Notes: generated by a model from the letters alone, not told the origin. 64,000 bases of DNA from Burkholderiales bacterium (GCA_040382235.1 JBEIFV010000001.1:383-64382); one strand, 5' to 3'; positions 1-10,047 are shown, counted from the first letter of the stretch. Numbers and translations: made by a program.

Positions 1-794
1 ATGCCGGCCGCAAGGGGTCGCAGAAAAAGCCGACCGAAGGGCGCGGCAACGTGCCTGTGGCCGAAGGCGGCTGGCAGACGGTGGCGCCTTCGGCCATCGC
101 CTTCATTCCCGAATGGCAGACGCCAGCGGCGCTCGATCGCGCCGGGATGGATGGCGTGACCGCCGCCTTTGTCGACGCCACGCGGCGCGCCGACCGCGTC
201 GGCCTGGACATGATCGAGCTGCACTTCGCGCACGGCTACCTGATGAGCTCGTTCCTTTCGCCGCTCGCCAACCGGCGCGATGACGAATACGGCGGGTCGG
301 CTGCAAACCGCATCCGCTTCCCGCTCGAGGTGTTCAAGGCGGTGCGCGCCGCATGGCCGGCGCACAAGCCGCTGGGCGTGCGCTGCAACGGCACCGACTG
401 GGACTACGCCGGCATCACGCCGGACGACGCGGTGGCGTTCTCGGCGGCGCTCGGCCGGCTCGGCTGCGACTATGTCGATGCTTCGTCCGGCGGCAACAGC
501 ATGGCGCGCATACCGCTGGCAGCGGGCTACCAGGTGCCGTTCGCCGCGCGCATCAGGCGCGAAGCCGGCCTGCCGACCATGGCCGTCGGCCTGATCCGCG
601 ATCCGTCGCATGCCGAGGCCATCGTCGCAGGCGGCGAGGCGGACATGGTCGCGCTGGGGCGCGGCATGCTCAACGACCCGCGCTGGCCCTGGCATGCGGC
701 CGAAGACCTCGGCGCCACCGTGGACCACCCCCCGCAATACTTCCGTGCCGTGACGCGCGCAGGCGTGGCCCAGCATTTCGCGAAATCCTCCTGA
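1..794 (+). CDS. NADH:flavin oxidoreductase, Old Yellow Enzyme family (5-prime end cut by window edge)
   Basis: ORF 51..794 stays open in frame back to base 3 (AGRKGSQKK...). OYE-like motifs HFAHGYLMSSFLSP, NRRDDEYGGS and ADMVALGRGML are present. Confidence 0.8.
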   Translation, partial: AGRKGSQKKPTEGRGNVPVAEGGWQTVAPSAIAFIPEWQTPAALDRAGMDGVTAAFVDATRRADRVGLDMIELHFAHGYLMSSFLSPLANRRDDEYGGSAANRIRFPLEVFKAVRAAWPAHKPLGVRCNGTDWDYAGITPDDAVAFSAALGRLGCDYVDASSGGNSMARIPLAAGYQVPFAARIRREAGLPTMAVGLIRDPSHAEAIVAGGEADMVALGRGMLNDPRWPWHAAEDLGATVDHPPQYFRAVTRAGVAQHFAKSS

Positions 795-798
795 AAGG

Positions 799-1779
799 AT
801 GCTCATCATGAAGACCTTCTTTCGCATCATTGCTTCTATCGCGGCCGGCTGCGCGCTGGCGGGCAACGCCTGCGCGCAGGAATATCCGCGCGGCCCGGTC
901 AAGATCATCGTGCCCTACCCGGCCGGCGGCTACACCGACATCCTGGGGCGCATGGTGGGCGCCGGGTTGCAGCAGCGCCTGGGGCAGGCATTCATCGTCG
1001 AAAACAAGCCTGGCGCCGCGACGGCACTGGCCGCCGAACAGGTGGCCAATTCGGCACCCGACGGTCACACGCTGATGATGGTGACCGTCACCACCATGGC
1101 GATGAACCCGCTCACCATGAAGGACCTGCGCTACAAACCCGAGCAACTGGCGCCGGTGGCCCTGGTGGCGCGCCAGCCGTTCATGCTGGTGGCCTCCAAG
1201 GAGTTCCCGCCCAACAACGTGCGCGAACTGATCGCCTATGCCAAGGCCAATCCGGGCAAGACCAACTGGGCCACCCAAGGCGTGGCGGGCTCCTCGCACC
1301 TGGTGGGCGAGCTGCTCAAGTCACTTGCCGGCATCGACCTGTTCGCGGTGCACTACAAGGGCAGCACGCCGGCCAACATCGACATCATGGCCGGCCGCGC
1401 CGACCTGCATTTCGATGGCGTCGGCACTTCGCTCGGCAACGTGGCGAGCAAGCGCGTCAAGCCAATCGCCATCACCTCCGAGCGCCGCATGGCCGCCAAC
1501 CCGGACATCCCGACCTTCGTCGAATCGGGCCTGGCGAAGATGGTGGCCTATTCCTGGTACGGCATCGTCGCGCCGGCAGCCACGCCGCAACCAGTGATCA
1601 CCCGGCTCAACGAGGAAATCAACCGCTACACGCAGCAGAAGGACACCGCCGAACGCATGGCGCGCGACGGCTCCGAGGTCGGCAACATGACGCCGGCGCA
1701 GTTCGCGAAAATGATCGCCGAGGAAGCCGAGATGTGGCGCCAGGTGCTGGCGCCACTCAACATCAAGTTCGAGCCATGA
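799..1779 (+). CDS. Bug-family (TctC-like) tripartite tricarboxylate transporter substrate-binding protein
   Basis: 326 aa with a signal peptide ending AQEYP. Has the typical Bug signature PVKIIVPYPAGGYTDILGR...ENKPGA. An alternative start is at 808, with AAGGA upstream. Confidence 0.9.
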   Translation: MLIMKTFFRIIASIAAGCALAGNACAQEYPRGPVKIIVPYPAGGYTDILGRMVGAGLQQRLGQAFIVENKPGAATALAAEQVANSAPDGHTLMMVTVTTMAMNPLTMKDLRYKPEQLAPVALVARQPFMLVASKEFPPNNVRELIAYAKANPGKTNWATQGVAGSSHLVGELLKSLAGIDLFAVHYKGSTPANIDIMAGRADLHFDGVGTSLGNVASKRVKPIAITSERRMAANPDIPTFVESGLAKMVAYSWYGIVAPAATPQPVITRLNEEINRYTQQKDTAERMARDGSEVGNMTPAQFAKMIAEEAEMWRQVLAPLNIKFEP

Positions 1780-1798
1780 ACACGGGAGTTGCAATCGC

Positions 1799-3832
1799 AT
1801 GAGAGTCGGCATTGAAGTCGGCGGCACCTTCACCGACCTGATCGCCATCGACGGCGATCGCGTGCTGGTCACCAAGGTGCCGAGCGTGCCGGCGCGACCC
1901 GAGGAAGGCGTGTTCGCCGCGTTGGCCGCCGCCAGCATCCCGCTGGATCGGGTGACCGACCTGGTGCATGGTTCAACGGTAGCCACCAATGCGGTGCTCG
2001 AGCGCAAGGGTGCTCTCACCGCCTTTGTCACCACCGCCGGTTTCCGCGACCTGCTCCTGATACAGCGCCAGGACCGCCCAAAGGTTTACGAGCTTCTCTA
2101 CAAGAAGCCGGTGCCGGTCGTCGAGCGGCGCGACGTCATCGAGATCGCCGAGCGCATGCTGGCCGATGGCAATGCCGTCCAGACGCTCGACGAGGCGCAC
2201 GCCGAGGACGTGCTGGCCAAGGCGCTGGCTGCGCGGCCGTTCAAAGCGGTGGCGGTGTGCTTTCTCAATGCCTATGCCAACCCGGCGCACGAGCATGCGG
2301 TCGCCGCGATCATCCGGCGGCGCTTCCCGCACATGTTCGTGAGCTGCTCGGCGGACATCAGCCGCGAGTTCCGCGAGTACGAGCGCGCTTCCACCACAGC
2401 GTTGTCAGCCTACGTTCAGCCGATCATCGACAGCTACATCGGGCGCTTCGAGGAACGCCTGGCAAGCGAGGGCTTCCGCGGCCGCTTTTCGATCATGCAG
2501 TCCAACGGCGGGCGCCTGCCGGCGGCGGCCATCCGCAAGAACGCCATCTCGGCCCTGTTCTCCGGCCCGGCCGCCGGCGTCACCGGCGCGATCCGCCAGG
2601 CCGGTGCCTCGGGGCAGGCCAATCTCGTCACCTTCGACATGGGCGGCACCAGCACCGACGTGTGCCTGGTCACAGGCGGCAAGCCGCTGATTGCACCCGA
2701 GACCACCGTCGACGGCCTGCCGATCCGCACTCCGGTGGTAGACATCGCCTCGGTGGGTGCCGGCGGCGGCAGCATCGTCTGGCGCGACCCGGGCGGCATG
2801 CTGCGGGTCGGCCCGCGCTCGGCCGGCGCTGATCCCGGGCCGGCCTGCTACGGGCGCGGCGGCAGCGCGCCAACCGTCACCGATGCACACGTGATCCGCG
2901 GCACCATCCGGCCGGAATCCTTCCTGGGCGGACGCATGCGACTCGACATCGATGCCGCGCGGCGCGCTTTCGCACCACTGGCGGAAGCCTTCGGCATGTC
3001 GCTCGAGGCGATCGCCGACAGCGCCATCCGCCTGGCGGACGCCAACGTGGTGCGCGCCATCCAGCTCATCTCGACCGAACTCGGACGCGACCCGCGCGAT
3101 TACGTGCTGGTGCCCTTCGGTGGTGCCGGCCCCTTGCATGCCGGACGGATCGCCGAGGATCTCGGCATCGCCACCATCGTGGTGCCGCAGAACGCCGGCG
3201 TGCTGTCGGCCTTCGGCCTGTTGGCCGCCGATTTCACGCAATACGAGACCATCACCCACCGCGTGACGGTGAGCGCGACGGCCGCACCCGCGATCAACCG
3301 GGTGCTCGACGAATTGCGCAGCCGGCTCAGCGGGCGCTTTCGCACGCTCGGTTTCGCGGGGGACCTGCAATTCAGCCACACACTGCAGATGCGCTTCGTC
3401 GGACAGGCCTTCGAAGTCGATGTGCCGCTCGCAAGCGAGGACTTGGCCGGGCTTGACGAAGCAGGCTTGCGCACCCATTTCGACCACGCGCACCGGCGTG
3501 TCTACATGGACGGCGGTGGCGCCGGCCTGGCCGGCAAGGGTATCGAGGTGGTCGGCCTGCGGGTCGGCGCCACCGCGCCCGAGGCCGCCATCCTGCCGCC
3601 CAAGGCACAGCCGCAGGCGGGGCGTGTGGACCGCCAGGTCACGCTGCACGAAAATCGCGCCGCGCGAACCTGCGCCGTGACCACGCGCGCCGCCATCGAT
3701 GCCGCCGGCGGCATGGCAGGCCCGCTGCTGGTCGAGGACGACACCGCCACCATCTATGTCCCGCCGGGCTGGTCCGCACTTGGCGACGCCAGCGGCAACC
3801 TGATCCTGCAACGCACGAGAGAATCCGCATGA
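1799..3832 (+). CDS. hyuA: Hydantoinase/oxoprolinase family protein, A subunit (HyuA-like)
   Basis: 677 aa. N-terminus MRVGIEVGGTFTDLI and internal FDMGGTSTDV are typical of the hydantoinase_A family. The stop overlaps the next start (ATGA at 3829). Confidence 0.9.
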   Translation: MRVGIEVGGTFTDLIAIDGDRVLVTKVPSVPARPEEGVFAALAAASIPLDRVTDLVHGSTVATNAVLERKGALTAFVTTAGFRDLLLIQRQDRPKVYELLYKKPVPVVERRDVIEIAERMLADGNAVQTLDEAHAEDVLAKALAARPFKAVAVCFLNAYANPAHEHAVAAIIRRRFPHMFVSCSADISREFREYERASTTALSAYVQPIIDSYIGRFEERLASEGFRGRFSIMQSNGGRLPAAAIRKNAISALFSGPAAGVTGAIRQAGASGQANLVTFDMGGTSTDVCLVTGGKPLIAPETTVDGLPIRTPVVDIASVGAGGGSIVWRDPGGMLRVGPRSAGADPGPACYGRGGSAPTVTDAHVIRGTIRPESFLGGRMRLDIDAARRAFAPLAEAFGMSLEAIADSAIRLADANVVRAIQLISTELGRDPRDYVLVPFGGAGPLHAGRIAEDLGIATIVVPQNAGVLSAFGLLAADFTQYETITHRVTVSATAAPAINRVLDELRSRLSGRFRTLGFAGDLQFSHTLQMRFVGQAFEVDVPLASEDLAGLDEAGLRTHFDHAHRRVYMDGGGAGLAGKGIEVVGLRVGATAPEAAILPPKAQPQAGRVDRQVTLHENRAARTCAVTTRAAIDAAGGMAGPLLVEDDTATIYVPPGWSALGDASGNLILQRTRESA

Positions 3833-5508
3833 CCAGTCTCGATCCGGTGGACTACGCGGTCATCAGCCAGGCGCTCCTCGCCGCCTCGCGCGAGATGGGC
3901 ACCAAGCTGGTCCGCTCCGCCTATTCCAACATCGTGCGCGAGGCGCGCGATGCCTCCTGCGCCATCCTCGATCCCGCCGGCAACATCGTCGCCCAGTCCG
4001 AGATGGTGCCGATGCAACTGGGATCGATGAATACCACCCTGCGCGCCTGCCTGGCGCAGTATCCGGCGCACACCCTGACCGATGACGACTTCCTGGTCAA
4101 CAACCATCCGTTCCACGGCGGCCAGCACCTGCAGGACGTGTTCATATTCCGGCCGGTGTTCATCGAGGGCGAACTGGTGGCCTTTGCCGGCTCGACCGCG
4201 CACCACCTCGACCTGGGCGGCGGCAGCGCCGGGCTGAACGCGCTGGCCAGCGACGTCTACCAGGAAGGCCTGTTGCTGCCACCGCTCAAGTTCAGCCTCT
4301 CGCGCGACTGGAACGGCGGCAACTTCGAGCGCCTCCTGGCGGCGAACATCCGTGTGCCCGACCAGACCCTGGGCGACTTCAACGCGCAGTTCGCCGCAAA
4401 GGCGATCGGCATCGAGCGGGTACGCCAGTTGTGCGCCAAGTACGGCCTTGCGGCGGTCAAGGCGACCATGGCGGAACTGATCACATATTCCGAGCGCCAG
4501 CTGCGCGCGGCCATCCGCGCCCTGCCGGATGGCGTCTATTACGGCGAGGACGCCGGTGACGACATCGAGGGCAGCGGCGCGCCGCTCTGGGTGCGCGCCA
4601 AGGTCACCGTCGCCGGCGACGAGATGGAAATCGATTTCGAGGGCACCTGCGCGCAGGTCGGGCGCAACATCAACTCACCGCTCGCCTCGACCGAATCGGC
4701 GGTGATGAGCTGCATCAAGGGTGTGCTGATCGGCGGTGACGTGCCTTTCAACGAAGGCAGCTTCCGGCCGATCCGGCTGAAGGTGCCGTACGGCAGCATC
4801 CTCAACCCACGGCCGCCCGCGCCGGTACGGGCGCGCATGCTGCCCTGCTACCGCGCCTACGACGCCGTCATGAAGGCGCTCGCCACGGTCAAGCCGCTGC
4901 CGGCGCGGGTGATCGCTTCCGGTTTCGACAACGCGCTCATCACCTGCCTGGCCCGCCTGTCCAACGGGCGCTACCGGGTCTGCCTGGAAACCTACGGCGG
5001 CGGCTTCGGCGCCTCCGCCACAGGCGACGGCGCCGACGGCATCGCCGCACCCCTGTCGAACACCACCAATTCGCCGATCGAAGCGCTCGACATGAACTTC
5101 GACTATTTCCGTATCGCCGGCTATGAACTGAACCCGTCCTCGTTCGGCCACGGACGCAGGCGCGGCGGGCTGGGCATGCGCCGCACCTACGAGATCACCG
5201 CCGATGACGTCGACTTCTCGCTCTATGGCGACCGCTTCGAGATCGCACCCGAGGGCCTCATGGGCGGCGGTGCCGGCGCGCTCTCGCATGCCATCGTATG
5301 GCGCGACGGCAGCATCATCGATATCGACCTGAAACGCGGCACCCGACTGAGAAAGGGCGACCGGGTGGTGGTCTCGACCTCCGGCGGCGCCGGCTTCGGC
5401 GACCCGCGCGAGCGTGCCGCCGATCTGGTGCAAGGCGACATCGAACAGGGCGTGATCAACGCCGGCGTGGCGCGTGAGGTTTACGGGCACATACCGGCAA
5501 AGGGCTGA
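3829..5508 (+). CDS. hyuB: Hydantoinase B/oxoprolinase family protein (HyuB-like)
   Basis: 559 aa. Starts with DPVDYAVISQALLAASREMG and continues with the IVREARDASCAILD pattern of the hydantoinase_B family. Translationally coupled to hyuA. Confidence 0.9.
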   Translation: MTSLDPVDYAVISQALLAASREMGTKLVRSAYSNIVREARDASCAILDPAGNIVAQSEMVPMQLGSMNTTLRACLAQYPAHTLTDDDFLVNNHPFHGGQHLQDVFIFRPVFIEGELVAFAGSTAHHLDLGGGSAGLNALASDVYQEGLLLPPLKFSLSRDWNGGNFERLLAANIRVPDQTLGDFNAQFAAKAIGIERVRQLCAKYGLAAVKATMAELITYSERQLRAAIRALPDGVYYGEDAGDDIEGSGAPLWVRAKVTVAGDEMEIDFEGTCAQVGRNINSPLASTESAVMSCIKGVLIGGDVPFNEGSFRPIRLKVPYGSILNPRPPAPVRARMLPCYRAYDAVMKALATVKPLPARVIASGFDNALITCLARLSNGRYRVCLETYGGGFGASATGDGADGIAAPLSNTTNSPIEALDMNFDYFRIAGYELNPSSFGHGRRRGGLGMRRTYEITADDVDFSLYGDRFEIAPEGLMGGGAGALSHAIVWRDGSIIDIDLKRGTRLRKGDRVVVSTSGGAGFGDPRERAADLVQGDIEQGVINAGVAREVYGHIPAKG

Positions 5509-5512
5509 CAGC

Positions 5513-6373
5513 ATGTTCATCGACTACGGCAGCAAACCTCCGACCCGCGCCTTCAATCCGCCGCAGACCGCACACCTGGCCAATTACCGGCGGGTGTACG
5601 CGAAAAGCGAATCACGCGTCGACAAGCCCGCAAGCGAGAAGGTCGCACTGGCGAAGTACCTCAAGAGCTACGAGAAGCTTGGCGCCAAACATGTGGTGAT
5701 CAAGGCGCGCGACAACGAAACCACCTTCGGCCTCAAGGTCAGGAACGAAGATGTCGCCGCGTTCTGCAAAAAGCACGGGCCGCGCTTCGTCGGCTTCGCC
5801 GGCGTCGATCCGCACAAGGGCATGGCGGCAGTGCGCGAACTCGAAACCGCGGTGCGCGAACTGGGTCTACGCGGCCTGAACCTGCAATGCTTCGAGCTCA
5901 AGCTCGCCATCAACGACAAGCGCATGTATCCGCTGTACGCCAAATGCGTGGAGCTCGACATCCCGGTCAACATCCACTGCGGCATCAATTTTTCGACCGC
6001 GTCGCAGATGGACTACGGTCGCCCCGCGTACCTCGACGAAGTGATGCTGCATTTCCCGGAGTTGCGCGTGTGCGCCTCGCCGCCGGGCTGGCCATGGATA
6101 GAGGAACTCATCGGCGTGGCCTGGCGCCATCCCAACGTGTACATCGGCGTGGTCGCGGTTCGCCCCAAGCTGCTGGCGCTCGAGGATTCCGGCTACCGGC
6201 CGTTGCTCACCTATGGCACCAAGGTCCTGCAGGACAAGATTCTCACCGGCACCGCCTACCCGATGCAGCCGGTCGAACAGGCCTACGCCGAGTTCGACGC
6301 CCTGCCCTTGCCCGATGCCATCCGGCGCAAGTGGATGCATGACAACAGCGCGCGTTTCCTGGGGCTTGCCTGA
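5513..6373 (+). CDS. Amidohydrolase-2 family metal-dependent hydrolase (ACMSD-like)
   Basis: The ORF-track frame 5474..6373 overlaps hyuB, so I use the internal ATG at 5513 (MFIDYGSKPP). It has an amidohydrolase_2-like C-terminal region (IPVNIHCG, LTGTAYPM). Confidence 0.75.
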   Translation: MFIDYGSKPPTRAFNPPQTAHLANYRRVYAKSESRVDKPASEKVALAKYLKSYEKLGAKHVVIKARDNETTFGLKVRNEDVAAFCKKHGPRFVGFAGVDPHKGMAAVRELETAVRELGLRGLNLQCFELKLAINDKRMYPLYAKCVELDIPVNIHCGINFSTASQMDYGRPAYLDEVMLHFPELRVCASPPGWPWIEELIGVAWRHPNVYIGVVAVRPKLLALEDSGYRPLLTYGTKVLQDKILTGTAYPMQPVEQAYAEFDALPLPDAIRRKWMHDNSARFLGLA

Positions 6374-8026
6374 ATGCAGAAGCCCATCCAGCCAGACTGG
6401 CGCATCGCGCGTTACAGCGCCGACCCGCTGCAACGTTGCCGCCAGCTCGAAGCCGAGCCCCTGCCAACCTCGACAGCGGCGCTGCTCGACCAGGCCGCAG
6501 CAGAAGTGCCGGACCGGCTGGCCTGGCACTTCATCGACAGTGGCGAGACCGCCACCTATCGCGAAGTGCGGGCCATGGTCAACCGGGTGGCCGCCGGCCT
6601 GGCCGGCCTGGGCGTGCGCAAGGGTACGCATGTGGCGATGATGGTGCCCAACGTGCCGCAATTCCCGCTCACCTGGCTGGCGATCGGCCGGCTCGGGGCG
6701 GTGCTGGTGCCGGTAAATGTCTCCTACACCGGCCGCGAGTTGGACTACATCATCAACGACGGGCGCGCGGAATACCTGGTGATCGCCGAGGAGTTCCTGC
6801 CGACGCTCGACACGATGGTGCAGCGCCCCCCCCACCTGACCGACACGCGCGTGATCGTGGTCGGCCGCGCACGTTCCGGCATGCACGACTGGCAGGCCGT
6901 GCACGATGCCGGCGACCCGGCCTACCGCGCCCCCGAGCCGGTCGGACTCGACGACCTGCTCAATATCCAATACACCTCGGGTACCACCGGCTTTCCCAAG
7001 GGAGTCCTGCAGGCGCAGCGCTACTGGATCACGCAGAGCAAGATCAACGCCTTCCGTGACGGCCTGGCCTATGAACGCATCCTGATTTCCACGCCGTTCT
7101 ATTACATGGACCCGCAGTGGCTGCTGCTGATGGCCTTCCACCAGCGCGCCACCGCCTTCATTGCCGCGAAGCAGAGCACCAGCCGCTATACCGAATGGCT
7201 GCGCACCTGGAACATCCAGTTTTCGCTGATGCCCGCCGAGGTAATGTTCAAGAACCCGCCCTCGCCTGAAGACGGTGACAACCAGATCCGCCGCGTCAAT
7301 GTCTACGGCTTGCGCCGCGAAATCCACGCCGCGGTGGAGAAGCGCTTCAACGTCAATGCGCGCGAGGCCTTCGGCATGACCGAGCTGGGCTCGGCCACCT
7401 TCATGCCGCTGGAGGTGGAGGACATGACCGGATCGGGCTCGTGCGGCATGGTAGGGCCGTTTCGCCAGTGCAAGGTCGTGGACAGCGAGGGGCGTGAAGT
7501 GGCGCGCGGTGAAATCGGCGAGCTCATCGTGCGCGGCAGCGGCATCCTCAAGGGCTACTTCAACAAGCCGGAGGCGACCCGCGAGTCTTTTTTCGGCGAC
7601 TGGTTCCGCACCGGCGACCTGTTCCGCCAGGACCAGCGCGGCTATTTCTACATCGTCGGACGGGTCAAGGAGATGATTCGCCGCAGCTCGGAGAACATCG
7701 CCGCGCGCGAAGTCGAAGCGGTGTTGAAGGACATGCCGGAGATCGTCGAGGCGGCAGTGCTGGGCGTGCCCGACGAGGTCCGAAAGGAGGAGGTCAAGGC
7801 CTACGTGATACTCAAGCCGGGGCTGACGCCAGAGGACGTGCCGCCGCAAGCCATCATCGAGCATGCGCGCAAGCAGTTGGCGGCATTCAAGGTGCCGCGC
7901 TACATCGAGTACCGCAGCGAGTTCCCGCGCACGCCATCGAACAAGATCAGGAAGCCAGTGCTGCAGCAGGAAAAGCCCGACCTGCGCAGCGATAGCTGGG
8001 ATCGGGTCGACGGCGTCTGGCGTTGA
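6374..8026 (+). CDS. AMP-dependent acyl-CoA synthetase/ligase
   Basis: 550 aa. AMP-binding motifs are IQYTSGTTGFPKGV, the GELIVRG...GYF core, and a C-terminal FPRTPSNKIRK. Confidence 0.9.
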   Translation: MQKPIQPDWRIARYSADPLQRCRQLEAEPLPTSTAALLDQAAAEVPDRLAWHFIDSGETATYREVRAMVNRVAAGLAGLGVRKGTHVAMMVPNVPQFPLTWLAIGRLGAVLVPVNVSYTGRELDYIINDGRAEYLVIAEEFLPTLDTMVQRPPHLTDTRVIVVGRARSGMHDWQAVHDAGDPAYRAPEPVGLDDLLNIQYTSGTTGFPKGVLQAQRYWITQSKINAFRDGLAYERILISTPFYYMDPQWLLLMAFHQRATAFIAAKQSTSRYTEWLRTWNIQFSLMPAEVMFKNPPSPEDGDNQIRRVNVYGLRREIHAAVEKRFNVNAREAFGMTELGSATFMPLEVEDMTGSGSCGMVGPFRQCKVVDSEGREVARGEIGELIVRGSGILKGYFNKPEATRESFFGDWFRTGDLFRQDQRGYFYIVGRVKEMIRRSSENIAAREVEAVLKDMPEIVEAAVLGVPDEVRKEEVKAYVILKPGLTPEDVPPQAIIEHARKQLAAFKVPRYIEYRSEFPRTPSNKIRKPVLQQEKPDLRSDSWDRVDGVWR

Positions 8027-8291
8027 AGCCGCCCGAGGTTCGCGGCAAACGGCGCTTTTTCGTTGCTAACTCTTGTCACTGTTTGCGCCGCAGGTAGCAA
8101 TGTTCATCATTTCCTCACAAACCTTGATCTATACGCGCCAAACCTGGCTGCGGCGGATCAAAAGCGATCACCCCTGGGAGGTACTCAGACTTCGGATGTT
8201 TACATATTCATATTAATATCCGTTTCTTGCCATATATAGAATAATTATGAAACAATAGCGAATATGGCAACGAGAGAGTTGGGATATTCAA

Positions 8292-9521
8292 ATGACGATG
8301 ACCAGAGAAGAACTCGGGCGACGCATTCGCTCGGCGCGCGAGAGCTGCGGTCTCACGCAGGAACAACTGGGCGAACCTGCGGGCTTGAGTCGCCTCGCTG
8401 TCGGTCACATCGAATCAGGCGCGCGATCCGTTTCCAGCCTGGAGCTGGATCGCATCGCTTATGCGGTCGGGCGCGATATCAAGTCGTTTTTTGCTGATTC
8501 GTTTGTCGAGCAGGACGCGCTGGCCGCGCTGTTTCGGTCGGATGACGAACTGGCCCAGCAGGCTGAGCTGATCAAGGCTTTGCAGGATAGTCTGGCCTTG
8601 GGGCGGGAGATGACTACGCTGGAGCGTCTGCTTGGCATTGACCGAGCACAGTTGCTTACTGCCACCTACGATCTTCCCGTGCCGAAGTCGCGTTGGGAAG
8701 CGATTCTGCAGGGGCAGAAGGTAGCGACTGAGGAGCGTCAGCGCCTTGGCATGGGCATGGCGCCGGCGGGGGACTTGGCCGACCTGCTTGAGTCGCAGGG
8801 TGCGCGCGCGGCGTTTGTGAGCCTGCCTGCGAATGTCTCCGGCCTGACCTTGGCCGATGTCAACATCGGGGTGTTTGTGGCGGTCAATTCTGATCATGTT
8901 GCGGTACGCCAGCGCTTTTCGCTTGCTCACGAGTATGCACATGTGCTGATGGACCGCGACCGCTCGGGCGCCATCAGTCGCGCTGAAAATCGGGCCGAGC
9001 TGCTGGAAGTGCGCGCCAATGCGTTTGCCGCTGAACTTCTGATGCCGGCAGACGGTGTGAGGCAGTTCGTACATGGGCTGGGCAAAGGTGCGCAGAGTCG
9101 CGCCCAGGTCGCGGTGTTCGACGAGTCCGAAGCAGTGCAGGTGGAGCAGCGTGCCGCACCGGGCAGCCAGGATATCCAGCTTTATGATGCGGTGCTGCTC
9201 GCGCATCATTTCGATTCCAGCAGGATCGCCACGCTATACCGCCTCAAGAATATGAAGCTGATCGACGACAGTGAGTTTCAGCGCTTGAAGGATGAGGAGG
9301 ACAAGGGCGCGGGAAATACCATCGCGAGCTTTTTGGCAGTGCGGGACTCGGATCGCGGTCAATCTTCGCGTGAGGATTTTCGCCGCCGCTTCATGGGGCT
9401 AGCACTTGAGGCGTACCGGCGTGACGAAATCACCATGGCCAAGCTGACCGAGCTTGCCGCGATGGTCGAATTGAGCCGGCGCGACGTACAGGCCGTGCTG
9501 GCCTCGATGCAACGCGATTGA
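8292..9521 (+). CDS. Fused XRE-family HTH / ImmA-IrrE (M78) zinc metallopeptidase domain protein
   Basis: 409 aa. The N-terminal Cro/C1 HTH reads LGRRIRSARESCGLTQEQLGEPAGLSRLAVGHIESG. The central HExxH motif (LAHEYAHVLMD) has a downstream ANAFAAELLMP, typical of ImmA/IrrE. It is preceded by an AT-rich region. Confidence 0.85.
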   Translation: MTMTREELGRRIRSARESCGLTQEQLGEPAGLSRLAVGHIESGARSVSSLELDRIAYAVGRDIKSFFADSFVEQDALAALFRSDDELAQQAELIKALQDSLALGREMTTLERLLGIDRAQLLTATYDLPVPKSRWEAILQGQKVATEERQRLGMGMAPAGDLADLLESQGARAAFVSLPANVSGLTLADVNIGVFVAVNSDHVAVRQRFSLAHEYAHVLMDRDRSGAISRAENRAELLEVRANAFAAELLMPADGVRQFVHGLGKGAQSRAQVAVFDESEAVQVEQRAAPGSQDIQLYDAVLLAHHFDSSRIATLYRLKNMKLIDDSEFQRLKDEEDKGAGNTIASFLAVRDSDRGQSSREDFRRRFMGLALEAYRRDEITMAKLTELAAMVELSRRDVQAVLASMQRD

Positions 9522-9538
9522 GCGCGTGGGCCGGGTCG

Positions 9539-10047
9539 ATGACATCTCAGCCCATCAGCGTTGTCGTCACCGACGCCAACGTGCTGATCAATTTTTGCCA
9601 TATCGGGCGACTGCCGCTACTGGGCGGGTTGGCGCCGTATCGATTCTTCGTTCCGGAGGAAGTCATCAATGAGATCACCGAGCCTGCGCAACAGGCGGAA
9701 GTGGAGAGCGCGCTTGCGCAAGGACTGATCGCGAAAACCGTGATCGACAGCATTGAAGCGCTTGCGCTGTTTGGCACATTGCGCGACCTCATGGGTCGCG
9801 GCGAGGCTGCGTGTCTGGCGCTCTTGCTGCGACCAAAGGCTGGATCATCGCCTCAGACGAAAAACGGCGCTTCCGGCGCGAAGCACTTGGACGAATCGGC
9901 GCGGCGCGGATCGTCGACACTGCATCCTTGTTGGTGCATGCGATCAGTATCGGGCGCATTTCGGTGGCGGAAGCCGACGGCTTCAAGGCGGTTCTCGAAA
10001 CCAGGCGTTTCGTCATGCCTTTCGCAAGCTTCGGCGACCTTGCCTAA
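9539..10047 (+). pseudogene. PIN-like nuclease domain gene (COG2405/PIN_3-like), frameshifted
   Basis: Frame 2 gives MTSQPISVVVTDANVLINFCHIGRLPLL...GRGEAACLAL and then drifts into low-complexity sequence. Frame 1 continues from about 9820 with a plausible PIN C-terminus, ATKGWIIASDEKRRFRREALGRIGAARIVDTASLL...FGDLA, stopping at 10047. The acidic PIN residues are split across the two frames. Confidence 0.7.

Noticed and set aside
2405-3811. 468-aa ORF on the minus strand
   Set aside because: It is antisense to hyuA, with no recognisable domains.
5867-7864. 665-aa ORF on the minus strand
   Set aside because: It is fully antisense to the well-supported AMP-dependent synthetase gene. Its composition is Arg/Ala/Gly/His-rich with no motifs, which marks it as a high-GC shadow ORF.
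8028-8062. Rho-independent terminator after the acyl-CoA synthetase gene
   Set aside because: GCCGC-N9-GCGGC followed by a T5 run is present. However, the stem is only 5 bp and the T-run is 9 nt away from it, which is not convincing.
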